Shown: positions 18,237-28,220 of the stretch, piece by piece
Layout of the letters: each line of letters starts with the position of its first letter
Numbering within the stretch: the first letter of the stretch is position 1
Assembly (NCBI GenBank): GCA_018432615.1
Contig: JAHDSQ010000004.1
Coordinates: forward strand, 16,203-80,202
Source of the DNA: Clostridia bacterium
GTDB lineage: Bacteria; Bacillota; Peptococcia; DRI-13; SM3-B62
Direction of reading: 5' to 3'
Length of the DNA stretch: 64,000 nt
Translations under genes and position numbers: made by a program
The notes under the pieces: generated by a model
What the model was told of the DNA's origin: nothing
Databases searched by the model: none
Seen by the model: the letters and a program-made list of their open reading frames with translations, nothing else

Positions 18237-19619
18237 ATGACTCAGAAACTTTTAAAACGCACCCCAACACAAAATTTGGCTGAGTTTCTGTGCTTATTGA
18301 ATTATGAGCAGATACCTGAAGGAGTCATTGATAGGATTAAGTGCTCTGTATTGGATGGAATAGCTTGTGGCTATTTTGGAAGCACATCGCCATGGGGAGA
18401 AATTATGAAAGAATTTGTCCAAGAACAAGAGAGTAGGCAAGAGAGCACACTATGGGCAACAGAAATTAAAGCTCAGGCAATAAATACCGTTCTTGCTTTA
18501 GGGACGTTTATACATGCGTACGACTTTGATGACTATCATAATGCGAAGGTACACCCAGGGGCTGTTGTGATTCCGGTAGCTTTGGCTCTGGCTGAGAGGG
18601 AAGGATTTTCAGGAAAAGATTTTTTGTTAGCCGTGGTTTGCGGTTATGAGACGATGATTAGAGTGTCTTTATCGGTTAATCCTAATTCGGCGCGGTCCAA
18701 GGGATGGCATTTGACAGGAACATGCGGCGTTTTTGGGGCAGCGGCAGCAGCCGGAAAAATCATGGGACTTAATGTTGAACAAATGACATGGGCGTTGGGG
18801 TTGGCTGGCACGCAGGCTTCAGGCCTTTGGGCATTTAATATGGACGGCGCAATGAGCAAACGCTTTCATCCCGGTAGAGCAAGTCAAAGTGGAATACTTG
18901 CCGTTGAATTGGCAAAAAAAGGGTTCTCGGGCCCTAAACATATTCTTGATGCAGAGGACGGAGGAATTTGGAGCGCCACCAGTAACAGCCCGAATCCGGA
19001 AGAGTTACTCTGTGATATTGGAGAGATATTTAGATGTGAGGAAACTAATATCAAACCTCATGCCAGCTGTGCAAGCACCCATTCAGCCATTGATGCAGTA
19101 CACGAAATTATGGATAAACAAGACTTTGAGATAGAAAACATTGAGGAAATAGTTATTTTAACCAGCGAGGGAGTTAAAACGCAAACAGGTTTTGATTATT
19201 TACCGGAAAATGTTCTTCAGGCCCAAATGAGTATAAAATATGCGGTTGCTTTAGCGTTGAAATACAGGACGATACTTCCATATCACATGGAAAAAGAGTA
19301 TTTTTCTTCTTCTGAACTGCGGGAATTAATGAAAAAAGTATCTGTAAAAATAGACCAGGAAATGGATGAAATTTATCCTAAACATTTTTGCAACAAAGTA
19401 CGTATACACATGAAGGACGGTAACAGTTATGAGTGTAAGGTGCTTGATCCGTTCGGAAGTAAAGAACGTCCTTTAAGTTGGGATAATGTTGTGGAAAAAG
19501 GAAGAGCCATAGTAAGTGGCACTTTACTCGAAGAACGTTTTGATGAAATGTTAATTAAAATAAACGGGTTGGAAAATGTAGAAAATATAAGCTCTGTTAG
19601 CGAGATATTAAAGATATGA
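18237..19619 (+). CDS. MmgE/PrpD-family protein 1 (2-methylcitrate dehydratase family)
   Basis: Family-typical size and motifs (DFDDYH.., HPGRASQSG..). The start at 18237 follows GGGAGGGAAGAG; the longest ORF begins at 18195. Confidence 0.85.
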   Translation: MTQKLLKRTPTQNLAEFLCLLNYEQIPEGVIDRIKCSVLDGIACGYFGSTSPWGEIMKEFVQEQESRQESTLWATEIKAQAINTVLALGTFIHAYDFDDYHNAKVHPGAVVIPVALALAEREGFSGKDFLLAVVCGYETMIRVSLSVNPNSARSKGWHLTGTCGVFGAAAAAGKIMGLNVEQMTWALGLAGTQASGLWAFNMDGAMSKRFHPGRASQSGILAVELAKKGFSGPKHILDAEDGGIWSATSNSPNPEELLCDIGEIFRCEETNIKPHASCASTHSAIDAVHEIMDKQDFEIENIEEIVILTSEGVKTQTGFDYLPENVLQAQMSIKYAVALALKYRTILPYHMEKEYFSSSELRELMKKVSVKIDQEMDEIYPKHFCNKVRIHMKDGNSYECKVLDPFGSKERPLSWDNVVEKGRAIVSGTLLEERFDEMLIKINGLENVENISSVSEILKI

Positions 19620-19826
19620 TTGAGCTGCAATGACTTGTGTGGGTAACTGGCAATTATGCTAATAAATTTGTGAAAACTTAAGTATGCCTTGGACAATGGA
19701 ATAATATGGGCAATCATTGAGTATCAAGTAGATATTTCTATAGGAGGTGAGGGGACAAACCAATACGCGGTAATGAATGTGATAATTTACTTAGGGTTGA
19801 GCAACGAATGAGAGGAGTTAGAGACG

Positions 19827-21077
19827 ATGCCAAAAACACTTGTGGAAAAAATATTGAGCAATAAGGTAAAACATGATGTAAAGCCGGGAGACACAATAGT
19901 TGCTGATGTCGATTTTACAGCATGTCATGACGGTTCAGGGCCATTAGCATTGCGTTTGATGAAAAAAAGAAACTGGGATGGCGTTTTCGATCCTAAAAAG
20001 GTAATGTTTTGTACTGAATTTGGGCCTAGTCCGGCGAAAGAGTTATCAAATGAGCACTCATTGATTAGAAATTTTGCTATGAAACATAACTGTTACTGGC
20101 ATGAAGGCGGTACCGGAAATATTCATACTCACCTGTTAGAGGATTATGTTAAGTGCGGTGACTTGATTGTTGCAGGAGATTCCCACACAACTACACACGG
20201 AGCTTTAGGGGCTTTCGCGACTGGTATGGGATCAACGGATATGCTTTGTGTATTGCGGATGGGCAAGACATGGTTAAAAGTGCCGGAGAGCTATTTAGTC
20301 CAAGTAGATGGAGAACTGCCCAAGGGCGTATACTCAAAAGAAATATTTTTAAAATTATTAAAGGATATTAAATCCGATGGAGCTATATATAAAGCGTTGG
20401 AATTTAAAGGAAGCACAATCGAGTCTTTAAGTATGGATGCCAGGTTCACAATTTCAAATATGGGAGTTGAAGCCGGTGCGAAAGTTGCCATAATGGAGAC
20501 TGATGAAACCACAGAAAAGTTCCTTGAAAAAATGGGCAGAAAAAATGATTACCAAAAAATCAAAGCTGACGATAACGCTAAGTATGCTAAAACGATAAAA
20601 ATCGATGCGACCAAGTTAGAACCGATGGTAGCGGCACCTCATTACGTTGAAAACGGCGAACTGGTCAGAAATATAAAGGACCTGAAAGTAGATATAGTCT
20701 TTTTGGGAAGCTGTACTAACGGCAGATTGGAAGATTTACACATTGCGGCTGATATCTTGAAAGGTAAAAAGGTTGCTCCATGGATTAGGTTTATAGTAAT
20801 CCCTAATTCGCATAAGGTTTATCTGGAAGCGTTCAAGGATGGTACTTTTACAACTCTTGCAGAAGCCGGTGCCATGATACAAGCTCCCAACTGTGGCCCC
20901 TGTATGGGTGTTCACCAAGGAATTCCGGGTGACGGAGAAATCGTTGTCTCAACACAGAACAGGAATTTTAAAGGCAGAATGGGGAATCCAAACGCATTTG
21001 TTTATTTAGCTAGTCCGGCAACTGCCGCAGCTACTGCTTTGAAAGGTTATTTGACTGATCCTAGGGAGGTGCTTTAA
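19827..21077 (+). CDS. Aconitase-family hydro-lyase large subunit (LeuC/HacA type, short form)
   Basis: 4Fe-4S ligand motifs GSCTNGR and NCGPCMG, plus GDSHT; 416 aa. Confidence 0.85.
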   Translation: MPKTLVEKILSNKVKHDVKPGDTIVADVDFTACHDGSGPLALRLMKKRNWDGVFDPKKVMFCTEFGPSPAKELSNEHSLIRNFAMKHNCYWHEGGTGNIHTHLLEDYVKCGDLIVAGDSHTTTHGALGAFATGMGSTDMLCVLRMGKTWLKVPESYLVQVDGELPKGVYSKEIFLKLLKDIKSDGAIYKALEFKGSTIESLSMDARFTISNMGVEAGAKVAIMETDETTEKFLEKMGRKNDYQKIKADDNAKYAKTIKIDATKLEPMVAAPHYVENGELVRNIKDLKVDIVFLGSCTNGRLEDLHIAADILKGKKVAPWIRFIVIPNSHKVYLEAFKDGTFTTLAEAGAMIQAPNCGPCMGVHQGIPGDGEIVVSTQNRNFKGRMGNPNAFVYLASPATAAATALKGYLTDPREVL

Positions 21078-21587
21078 ATGCTTAAAGGTAGATATGAAGG
21101 AAAAGCATGGAAATTTGGAGATAATGTCAGTACAGACTCAATCGCACCGGGAAGATTAATGCATTTGCGTTCAAACCCGGAAGAGTTTGCCAAGCATGTA
21201 TTGGAAGACGCAAATCCCGAATTCCCCAAGAACGTAAAACCCGGAGATTTTATTGTTGCGGATAGTAATTTTGGGTGTGGCTCAAGCAGAGAAATAGCCC
21301 CGCTGATTATTAAGCTTTCAGGGGTTGCGGCAGTGCTGGCCAAAAGCTTTGGGAGAATATTTTATCGTAATGCTATTAATAATGGGATGCTCCTAATCGA
21401 GTGCGATACGGGCAAAATCAAAGAAGGTGACATGCTCATTGTTGACTTTGATAAAGCAGAAATAACCAAAAAGGATGACAAAGAATTCAGGGAAACATTT
21501 AACTTACAGAAAACGGAAAAGGTTATAGTAAATGCCGGAGGGTTGTTAGATTATATATCTTCAAACAATTCCTTGGATGATATATAA
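21078..21587 (+). CDS. Aconitase-family hydro-lyase small subunit (LeuD/HacB type)
   Basis: GDNVSTDSIAPGR, NFGCGSSRE and FGRIFYRNAIN. It starts immediately after the large-subunit stop. Confidence 0.85.
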   Translation: MLKGRYEGKAWKFGDNVSTDSIAPGRLMHLRSNPEEFAKHVLEDANPEFPKNVKPGDFIVADSNFGCGSSREIAPLIIKLSGVAAVLAKSFGRIFYRNAINNGMLLIECDTGKIKEGDMLIVDFDKAEITKKDDKEFRETFNLQKTEKVIVNAGGLLDYISSNNSLDDI

Positions 21588-21661
21588 TCTATACCATATA
21601 TGTCAGATATTAAACGTAAATGAAAAAACATTAAGGTTAAGGATATGATGCAATGCGAAAT

Positions 21662-21707
21662 AAGTATTAGGGGGATTGTTGATAGAGGCTTTGTCCCCCT
21701 AATACTT
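21662..21707 (+). other. Intra-operon stem-loop (perfect 14-bp stem, 18-nt loop, no U-tract)
   Basis: AAGTATTAGGGGGA ... TCCCCCTAATACTT in the 230-nt spacer between the leuD-like and second prpD-like genes. Confidence 0.6.
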
Positions 21708-21817
21708 AAAAGATAAAGTGATTAAAAAAAACAGATGTATCCAGTTTGAAAAGAGGATCAGGAGGATTGGATAAAAGAAAATGTTGATGGACAAAAAACC
21801 TGAGCAGGAGGGAGAAG

Positions 21818-23197
21818 ATGGATAACATCACGCTTTCTGAAAAACTTGCGGATTTCACACTCGGGCTTAAATTCGAGGATATACCGAAAGAAGTTCTGGA
21901 ACATTCCAAATTACTCATCATGGATACTTTGGGTGTCTCCATAGCTTCTTATGATTTAGAGCATGCAAGGATTGTCAGGGATGCTGTTATGGGTTTACAC
22001 GGTTTATCTGAAAGTACTATCTGGGGGACCGGCACAAGAACTAATATGGCTGATGCGGTCTTAGCTAATGCAGCATTAATCCATGGCATGGATTATGATG
22101 ACACTCATGTAGCAGGAGTGGTACACCCCAGCGCCAGTGTTGTTAGTACAGCTTTTGTTGTCGGAGAGAAAACTAAAGCAAATATGGATGAAATTATGAC
22201 TGCTATTATTGTCGGATGGGAATGCATCGTTCGGCTTGCACTGGCTGCTAAAGGAGCTTTTCATGACCGCGGTTATCATGCAACAGGGATACTCGCTCCC
22301 TTTGCCGCCGCTTGTACAGCAGGTAGATTGTTAAAAGTATCAAAGGGTACTTTAATAAATACATTGGGATTGTGCGGGAGTCAAGCAGGAGCCTTGCAGG
22401 AATTTTTACATGACGGCTCATGGGTAAAAAAACTACATCCGGGTTGGGGGGCGCATGGAGCAATATATTCATTGATGATGGCTGAGAGGGGATTTAAGGG
22501 GCCGCAAAAGGTTTTCGAAGGTGAGTTTGGTTTATGGCAGTCGCATTTAGGTTTTGTAGAAGGATTGACAGAAAACTTTTCTGATTTTGGGGAAGTTTGG
22601 CGAATGTCCGAAATTACATTCAAACTTTATCCTTGTTGCCATTTTATCCATTCTTTTATTGACTGCATCCTTAAAATAAAAGCCGAAAACAGTTTTTCTC
22701 CTGATGACATTCAAAAGATAGAGTGCCGTATAGGTGTAAGGGGTTCCAAAATAGTTTGCGAGCCTATTGAAGCGAAAAAAAGACCCACCACAGAATATGG
22801 TATGAAGTTTAGCTTGCCATATATAGTTGCTATGGCATTTTTGGAAGGTAGAGTCAGTCCTGCGGATATTGATGTTGCACAGATTAAGAGGCTGGAAGTC
22901 AAAGCGCTGATTGACAAGATCCATTGTATAGCAGATGAAGCGGTGGATGTACCGGGACATTTCCCAGGCTGGGTAAAAGTTCATTTAAAAAATGGACAAG
23001 AGTATATAGAAGAGCAAAAGTATGAGCGAGGGTCACGGGCAAATCCAATCAAAAATGAAGATGTAATTACCAAATACCGTCAATGTGCAGCTATTGGGCT
23101 ACCTGAAAATCGTGTGGAATCGCTATTAAATAGTATAAACAATTTTAGCTGTTTAAGTGGTATAGAGGAAATCATCAGTAACATGGTTATGGAGTAA
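21818..23197 (+). CDS. MmgE/PrpD-family protein 2
   Basis: Second paralogue, 459 aa, collinear in domain order with protein 1 (HGMDYDDTH.., HPGWGAHGA..). Confidence 0.85.
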   Translation: MDNITLSEKLADFTLGLKFEDIPKEVLEHSKLLIMDTLGVSIASYDLEHARIVRDAVMGLHGLSESTIWGTGTRTNMADAVLANAALIHGMDYDDTHVAGVVHPSASVVSTAFVVGEKTKANMDEIMTAIIVGWECIVRLALAAKGAFHDRGYHATGILAPFAAACTAGRLLKVSKGTLINTLGLCGSQAGALQEFLHDGSWVKKLHPGWGAHGAIYSLMMAERGFKGPQKVFEGEFGLWQSHLGFVEGLTENFSDFGEVWRMSEITFKLYPCCHFIHSFIDCILKIKAENSFSPDDIQKIECRIGVRGSKIVCEPIEAKKRPTTEYGMKFSLPYIVAMAFLEGRVSPADIDVAQIKRLEVKALIDKIHCIADEAVDVPGHFPGWVKVHLKNGQEYIEEQKYERGSRANPIKNEDVITKYRQCAAIGLPENRVESLLNSINNFSCLSGIEEIISNMVME

Positions 23198-23242
23198 ATT
23201 ACAAACCGATACCTATACAGTTAAAAAAGGAGGGGAAAAATC

Positions 23243-23722
23243 TTGAAGTCTTTTTTAGACAAGCTATGTAGTTACACTGAATTGATTGGAGGAGTACTTT
23301 TTGGATTAATGGCAGCAGTTGTTTTCATTCAGGTCATAATCCGGTATCTCCTCGATTATTCATTGGCTTGGACAGGCGAATTGGCCACCTTTTTGTTCGT
23401 TTGGGTGACCATGCTTGGAGCAGCGATTGCGACACATCGAATCTCCCACATAAGCGTTACGGCGTTAAATAACGCAGTTTCCGAAAAGAAAGCGTTGATC
23501 TTAAGTATGATAGCACAAATCCTTATGCTTATTGTTTCTGTGATTATTTGTGCTACTGGATTTTCTTTTGCCGTAAAGAATATAAACAACATTTCTGTAG
23601 CATTACATGTTCCTTTTGTGATACCGATGCTGAGTTTATTTATTGGGGCGCTATTAATGGTGGTTTTCGGTCTCGGTGTCATATGGAGGCTCCAAGTCGT
23701 TAGGAAAGGGGATAATTCATGA
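23243..23722 (+). CDS. TRAP transporter small permease (DctQ type)
   Basis: Four TM segments, 159 aa. Its end overlaps the start of the large permease gene. Confidence 0.85.
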   Translation: MKSFLDKLCSYTELIGGVLFGLMAAVVFIQVIIRYLLDYSLAWTGELATFLFVWVTMLGAAIATHRISHISVTALNNAVSEKKALILSMIAQILMLIVSVIICATGFSFAVKNINNISVALHVPFVIPMLSLFIGALLMVVFGLGVIWRLQVVRKGDNS

Positions 23723-25008
23723 CAAGTTTAATCTTATTTGGCTCATTTTTCTTATTGATCCTGATTTCAGTGCCGATTTCCATATCTTTGATATTGTCGA
23801 CCATAATCACAATTACATTAACTACAGGTATTGACAGCTTGCCACTTGTTCTTATCCCATCGAAAATATATTCATCAACCGAATCTTTTTCTCTGCTTAC
23901 AATACCCTTTTTTATCCTGGCCGGAAACATTATGGTTGAGGGCGGGATTGCAAAACGATTGGTAAGATTTTTTAATTCTTTTGCCAGTGGAATAACCGGT
24001 GGATTAGCCCATGTATCTGTTTTGAGTTGTACGTTCTTTGCCGCGCTGTCTGGTTCATCAACTGCAACTGCTGCGGCCATCGGTAAGTCGTTGATACCGG
24101 AAATGAAGAAATATAACTATGAACCCAGTTTTTCGGCTGCTGTTATTGCTACCGGGGGAATCATCGGTTTTTTGATTCCGCCCAGCATCTCGATGGTCGT
24201 TTATGGAATGGTTGCGGAAGTATCAGTTTCAAAGCTCTTTATCGGAGGAATAGTGCCAGGAATATTGACGGCATTGGGAGTAATGGCTATTAGTTGGTAT
24301 GTGTCTCGCAAAAAAGGCTATTCAAGTGTAAAAAATAAATTTAGCATAAAAGAAGTTTTAAACTCCTTTGCTAATGCTTTTTGGGCCTTAACTATGCCTA
24401 TAGTAGTGCTTGGGGTTATTTACCTCGGCGTATGTACACCCACTGAGGCAGCAGCAATAGCGGTGTTTTACGGATTAATTATCGCAGTGGTGATTTATAA
24501 AGAGCTCAAATTTAAGGACATAATAAAATCTTTAAAAAACAGTTTGGTAGAAAGTGCAGTAATATGTTTTTTGATGGCTAGTGCTTCGCTATTTGGGTGG
24601 TTTTTAGTCAATGAGCGGATACCGCAGATGCTTGCGGAACTTTTGCTTTCCTTCTCTTCAAGCAAAGTGGTAATACTGTTAATGATAACCGTCGTCTATC
24701 TTATTGCGGGGTGCTTTGCAAATCCTAGTGCAGCGATTGTTTTGATAGTCCCTATACTATTGCCGGTAATGAATGAACTCGGAGTCGATTTGCTCTACTT
24801 TGGGATTTTTACTGTCTTTGTATTAGGAATCGGAGTAATCACGCCACCTGTAGGACCTGATTTGTTTGTAGTTACCCCAATCGCCGGTGTTCCGTTTGAG
24901 GAAGTTGTAAAAAAGGTTATACCTTTTATCTTTATGATGATCTTGCTTGCCTTACTCTTTGTTTTTGTACCGAGTATCTTAACGTTCCCTCTTGAACTGT
25001 TATTTTAA
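23719..25008 (+). CDS. TRAP transporter large permease (DctM type)
   Basis: A 429-aa polytopic protein with typical DctM patterns (PFFILAGNIM, GPDLFV). Confidence 0.9.
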   Translation: MTSLILFGSFFLLILISVPISISLILSTIITITLTTGIDSLPLVLIPSKIYSSTESFSLLTIPFFILAGNIMVEGGIAKRLVRFFNSFASGITGGLAHVSVLSCTFFAALSGSSTATAAAIGKSLIPEMKKYNYEPSFSAAVIATGGIIGFLIPPSISMVVYGMVAEVSVSKLFIGGIVPGILTALGVMAISWYVSRKKGYSSVKNKFSIKEVLNSFANAFWALTMPIVVLGVIYLGVCTPTEAAAIAVFYGLIIAVVIYKELKFKDIIKSLKNSLVESAVICFLMASASLFGWFLVNERIPQMLAELLLSFSSSKVVILLMITVVYLIAGCFANPSAAIVLIVPILLPVMNELGVDLLYFGIFTVFVLGIGVITPPVGPDLFVVTPIAGVPFEEVVKKVIPFIFMMILLALLFVFVPSILTFPLELLF

Positions 25009-25171
25009 ATAGAACAGAGAGTGAAGCAATCATGCTGAACCTTGAACACATATACAAAAACTCTTGTAATTTTCGAGAGAGCAATAATAAGGGAAGCGAG
25101 GTGAGTGCTCAGAATAAAGGATAATTTAAGCAGGCAAGTCGGTTATTATTAAAAAAATGGGAGGTCTCAAA

Positions 25172-26197
25172 ATGTTTAACAGAAAAAGTAAATCCGTAGC
25201 ACTTCTAATCTGCATATTAGTTTTCAGCATGATGCTTTTTGGATGCGGCAATAAAGAGGAAACCGGTACAACGGGAGAAGAGGAAGCAAAAACATATACA
25301 CTAAAACTGTCCCACCCTGCCAACACTAACCATCCGTATGATACAGGTGCATTGGAATTTAAGAAACTGGTTGAAGAAGCTACTGAGGGCAAGGTCGAGA
25401 TCCAGATATTCCCAAATAACCAATTAGGAAGTCCCAAAGAAGTTGCTCAAGCCCTTCAGCTTGGTACCTGCGATATGGGTATCTTAGGTACTGCATACCT
25501 TACGTCATATGTTGAAAAGTTTGGTGTACTGGATGTGCCTTTTATCTTTTCAAGTTACCAACAGGCCTACGATTTCCTGGATTCCGAATATGCTGCTAAT
25601 GAGCTGTACAAGCCTCTGGAAGATAAAAACATCAAGTTGTTATCCTGTTTTTCCGGCGGCTTTAGAATGATGTTTAACACTGTCAGACCAATAAGTAAGC
25701 CTGAAGATTTTGCAGGGTTAAAAATCAGGATAATGGAGAGCCAGGTATATATTGACATGATGGAAACATTAGGTGGCAAACCTGTAGCGCTTCCTTGGAA
25801 TGACTTATATACATCTATGCAGCAGAATATCGTTGACGCTGCAGAATCTGGTGTCGCGCAGATTTGGTCCCAGAAATTTTATGAAGTAGCCGAATACTTG
25901 AGCGTTACAAATCATTCCATAACAGTATTGCCTCTAATGATATCAAAACAGAAATGGGATGATTTGCCGAAAGAATACCAGGAAATAATACAGAATGCGG
26001 CAACAAAAGCTGCGGATGTTGAACGGCAAGCCTATGAAGACTCGGAAAAAGAAATGCTCAAAAACTTGGAAGAAGAAGGCGGAATGAAAGTTAACAAAGC
26101 AGATACAGCAACCTTACAGGAAGCTGTCCTGCCCGTCTGGGAAAAATACGGTGAAGCATTCGGACAAGAACTGATAGACAAGGCTGCAGGTAAATAA
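25172..26197 (+). CDS. TRAP transporter substrate-binding lipoprotein (DctP type)
   Basis: Lipobox LFGCGNK and a DctP-family body. The ATG at 25172 follows GGGAGG; the longest ORF starts at 25157. Confidence 0.85.
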   Translation: MFNRKSKSVALLICILVFSMMLFGCGNKEETGTTGEEEAKTYTLKLSHPANTNHPYDTGALEFKKLVEEATEGKVEIQIFPNNQLGSPKEVAQALQLGTCDMGILGTAYLTSYVEKFGVLDVPFIFSSYQQAYDFLDSEYAANELYKPLEDKNIKLLSCFSGGFRMMFNTVRPISKPEDFAGLKIRIMESQVYIDMMETLGGKPVALPWNDLYTSMQQNIVDAAESGVAQIWSQKFYEVAEYLSVTNHSITVLPLMISKQKWDDLPKEYQEIIQNAATKAADVERQAYEDSEKEMLKNLEEEGGMKVNKADTATLQEAVLPVWEKYGEAFGQELIDKAAGK

Positions 26198-26236
26198 AAA
26201 CAAATAAATTGCAAATCAAATAATGACTTGCTTACT

Positions 26237-26278
26237 CATTTACGAATGTCAAGTATATAGGCTTGGCATTCGTAAATG
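26237..26278 (+). terminator. Stem-loop after dctP (possible partial terminator)
   Basis: 12-bp stem CATTTACGAATG/CATTCGTAAATG with an 18-nt loop. Only a short TTT follows 4 nt downstream of the stem. Confidence 0.4.
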
Positions 26279-26353
26279 GAGTTTAAAGATTTCGAATCTC
26301 AATATTGAAAAGGTTTTTCCGAAATAATGTAGTTGGGTGGTGTCAATACAATT

Positions 26354-27640
26354 ATGATAGTTGACATTCCATATGGTATGCGAAGGATAAAAGCAGATAT
26401 TCCCAATTGTCTTGGGGTATTAGAGCCGGCATCTTACCGGCCAAGCAAAAAAGAAGAAGAGATCATTGAGGAAGCTGTTTTTAATCCGATCGGAACAAAA
26501 CGTCTAAAAGAAATAGCCGTTAATGGGAAAAATGCGGTCATCGTTGTCAATGATCTAACGAGACCTGATCCTGCCGAAATCATGGTGAAGAGTGTATTAG
26601 ACGAACTGTGGCAAGGCGGTCTGAAAAATCAAGATATAACTATAGTAATAGCTACCGGAAACCACAGACCTATGAACGAGGAAGAAATAAAAGAAAAACT
26701 GGGGATATCAACAAATAATCAAATCAAATGCCTCAATCATGATTGTATGGATCCTTCAAATATGAAGTATTTCGGAAGGACTAAAAGAGGAATGCCTGTA
26801 TATGTAAACAAAATTGTTGGCTCTGCAGATATCAAAATAGTTACAGGATTGATCATGCCTCATCAAAGCGCCGGGTTCAGCGGAGGACGCAAGAGTATTG
26901 TTCCGGGGGTTTCAGGTATAGAGACGTTAAAGATCCATCATTCATTTCCGATCAGACCGATTGAGCCGATAATGGGGGAAATTATTGATAATCCGTTTCA
27001 TGAAGAAGCAATGGAAGGCGCAAGGATGGTTGGCGTGGATTTCATGGTAAATACTATCCAAAATGAACGGCACGAAGTTATCTATGCGGTTGCCGGTGAT
27101 CTTGAAGAAGCCTATTACAAGGGAGTGGAGTATTCCAGAAAAATATGGGAGGTAGAAATCGCACGGAAAGCGGACGTAGTTGTTACAAGCCCGGGAGGAT
27201 ATCCGCGCGATATTGATTTGCATCAGGCCCAGAAAGCATTAGCCTCAGCTGAATTAACCGTTAAAAGTAATGGAGTAATAATATTGGTAGCAGAATGCAG
27301 AGAAGGTATCGGTAAGTTCGCGGATATTTTAAGAAATGCTAATACTCCTCTTGATGTTGTAGAAATGTTTAAAAGAGAAGGATATACGAAAAAGGCGACC
27401 TCAAAAGCGTTTATGTTTGCCCGGGCTATGTTGGATCATATGATTATTATTGTTAATGATGTATTGACGAAGGATACGTTGGAATCGATGTTTTTCATTC
27501 CTGCAGGAAGTGTTGAAGAGGCTATAAATATTGCTTTGAAAGAAATGGGTAAAGACGCGGAGTTTCTTGTTCTGCCGAGTGGAAGCGAAATAATACCTAA
27601 AGTGAAAGGTAGTGTTGGAGATGGGGAAAATCAGTGTTGA
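26354..27640 (+). CDS. LarA-like nickel-pincer (NPN) cofactor-dependent 2-hydroxyacid racemase/epimerase family protein
   Basis: It aligns by eye to L. plantarum LarA: NPIG, NDLTRP (Arg75 equivalent), ATGNHRP (His108), MPHQSAGFSGGRKSIVPG (His174, Lys184), IHHSF (His200) and QAQKAL (Gln295/Lys298). Confidence 0.8.
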   Translation: MIVDIPYGMRRIKADIPNCLGVLEPASYRPSKKEEEIIEEAVFNPIGTKRLKEIAVNGKNAVIVVNDLTRPDPAEIMVKSVLDELWQGGLKNQDITIVIATGNHRPMNEEEIKEKLGISTNNQIKCLNHDCMDPSNMKYFGRTKRGMPVYVNKIVGSADIKIVTGLIMPHQSAGFSGGRKSIVPGVSGIETLKIHHSFPIRPIEPIMGEIIDNPFHEEAMEGARMVGVDFMVNTIQNERHEVIYAVAGDLEEAYYKGVEYSRKIWEVEIARKADVVVTSPGGYPRDIDLHQAQKALASAELTVKSNGVIILVAECREGIGKFADILRNANTPLDVVEMFKREGYTKKATSKAFMFARAMLDHMIIIVNDVLTKDTLESMFFIPAGSVEEAINIALKEMGKDAEFLVLPSGSEIIPKVKGSVGDGENQC

Positions 27641-28187
27641 AGAAGTCAGGCAGTTGTTTCCGGAACTTGACTTGTTGGATAATCAAGAATGGGCAGAAAA
27701 AGTATGTTTAGTATGGAAGCAGGCATATGAGGAAAGCAACTGGAGAAATATAGAGGATGCACAGCACAATCACTTGACGCCGGGGGTATCTTTAGTAAAC
27801 CACAGTAGGTGTGTTGCCATCAATGCTCTTGACATGGTCGAAACTTTGTATGATGTTTTTAAGGTACAAGCCGATAAAGATGTTACAATTGTTTCAGGCA
27901 TTTTACACGATGTTTGTAAACTAATTGAACTTGAGCCAACTGAAGACGGTGGCTGCAGGAAAAGTGCAATTGGTAAACAATATCAGCACGGGTTTTTAAG
28001 CGGACATTATGCTTTGAATGCAGGTTTCCCGGAAAAAATCGTTGCAAACATGATAAATCATACCCCTGAGTCTAGGGTGATACCACGAACCATTGAGGGT
28101 CTAGCATTATATTATGCGGATTCAGCAGTAGCAGATTTCCAGAAGCTTATTGCCAAAGTACCTTTATTAGCTGAACGGCATAAATAA
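27612..28187 (+). CDS. HD-domain protein (metal-dependent phosphohydrolase superfamily)
   Basis: GILHDVCK HD motif. It overlaps the larA-like 3' end. The start is uncertain (27612-27618). Confidence 0.7.
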   Translation: MLEMGKISVEEVRQLFPELDLLDNQEWAEKVCLVWKQAYEESNWRNIEDAQHNHLTPGVSLVNHSRCVAINALDMVETLYDVFKVQADKDVTIVSGILHDVCKLIELEPTEDGGCRKSAIGKQYQHGFLSGHYALNAGFPEKIVANMINHTPESRVIPRTIEGLALYYADSAVADFQKLIAKVPLLAERHK

Positions 28188-28220
28188 AGACGTAGCGTTC
28201 GAAATATATTCAAAGAAAAG

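Noticed and set aside
19620-19826. A strong SD-like AGGAGGTGAGGGG at about 19743-19755 in the spacer before the leuC-like gene; possible leader peptide or small gene.
   Set aside because: No ATG, GTG or TTG lies at a suitable distance. The only nearby mini-ORFs (8-12 codons) lack an RBS. I cannot support a coding or attenuator model from sequence alone.
26263-26280. TTGGCATTCGTAAATGG upstream of the larA-like gene as a third sigma-54 promoter.
   Set aside because: It has the TGGCA -24-like element but no TTGC at -12. The sequence is the right arm of the dctP hairpin.
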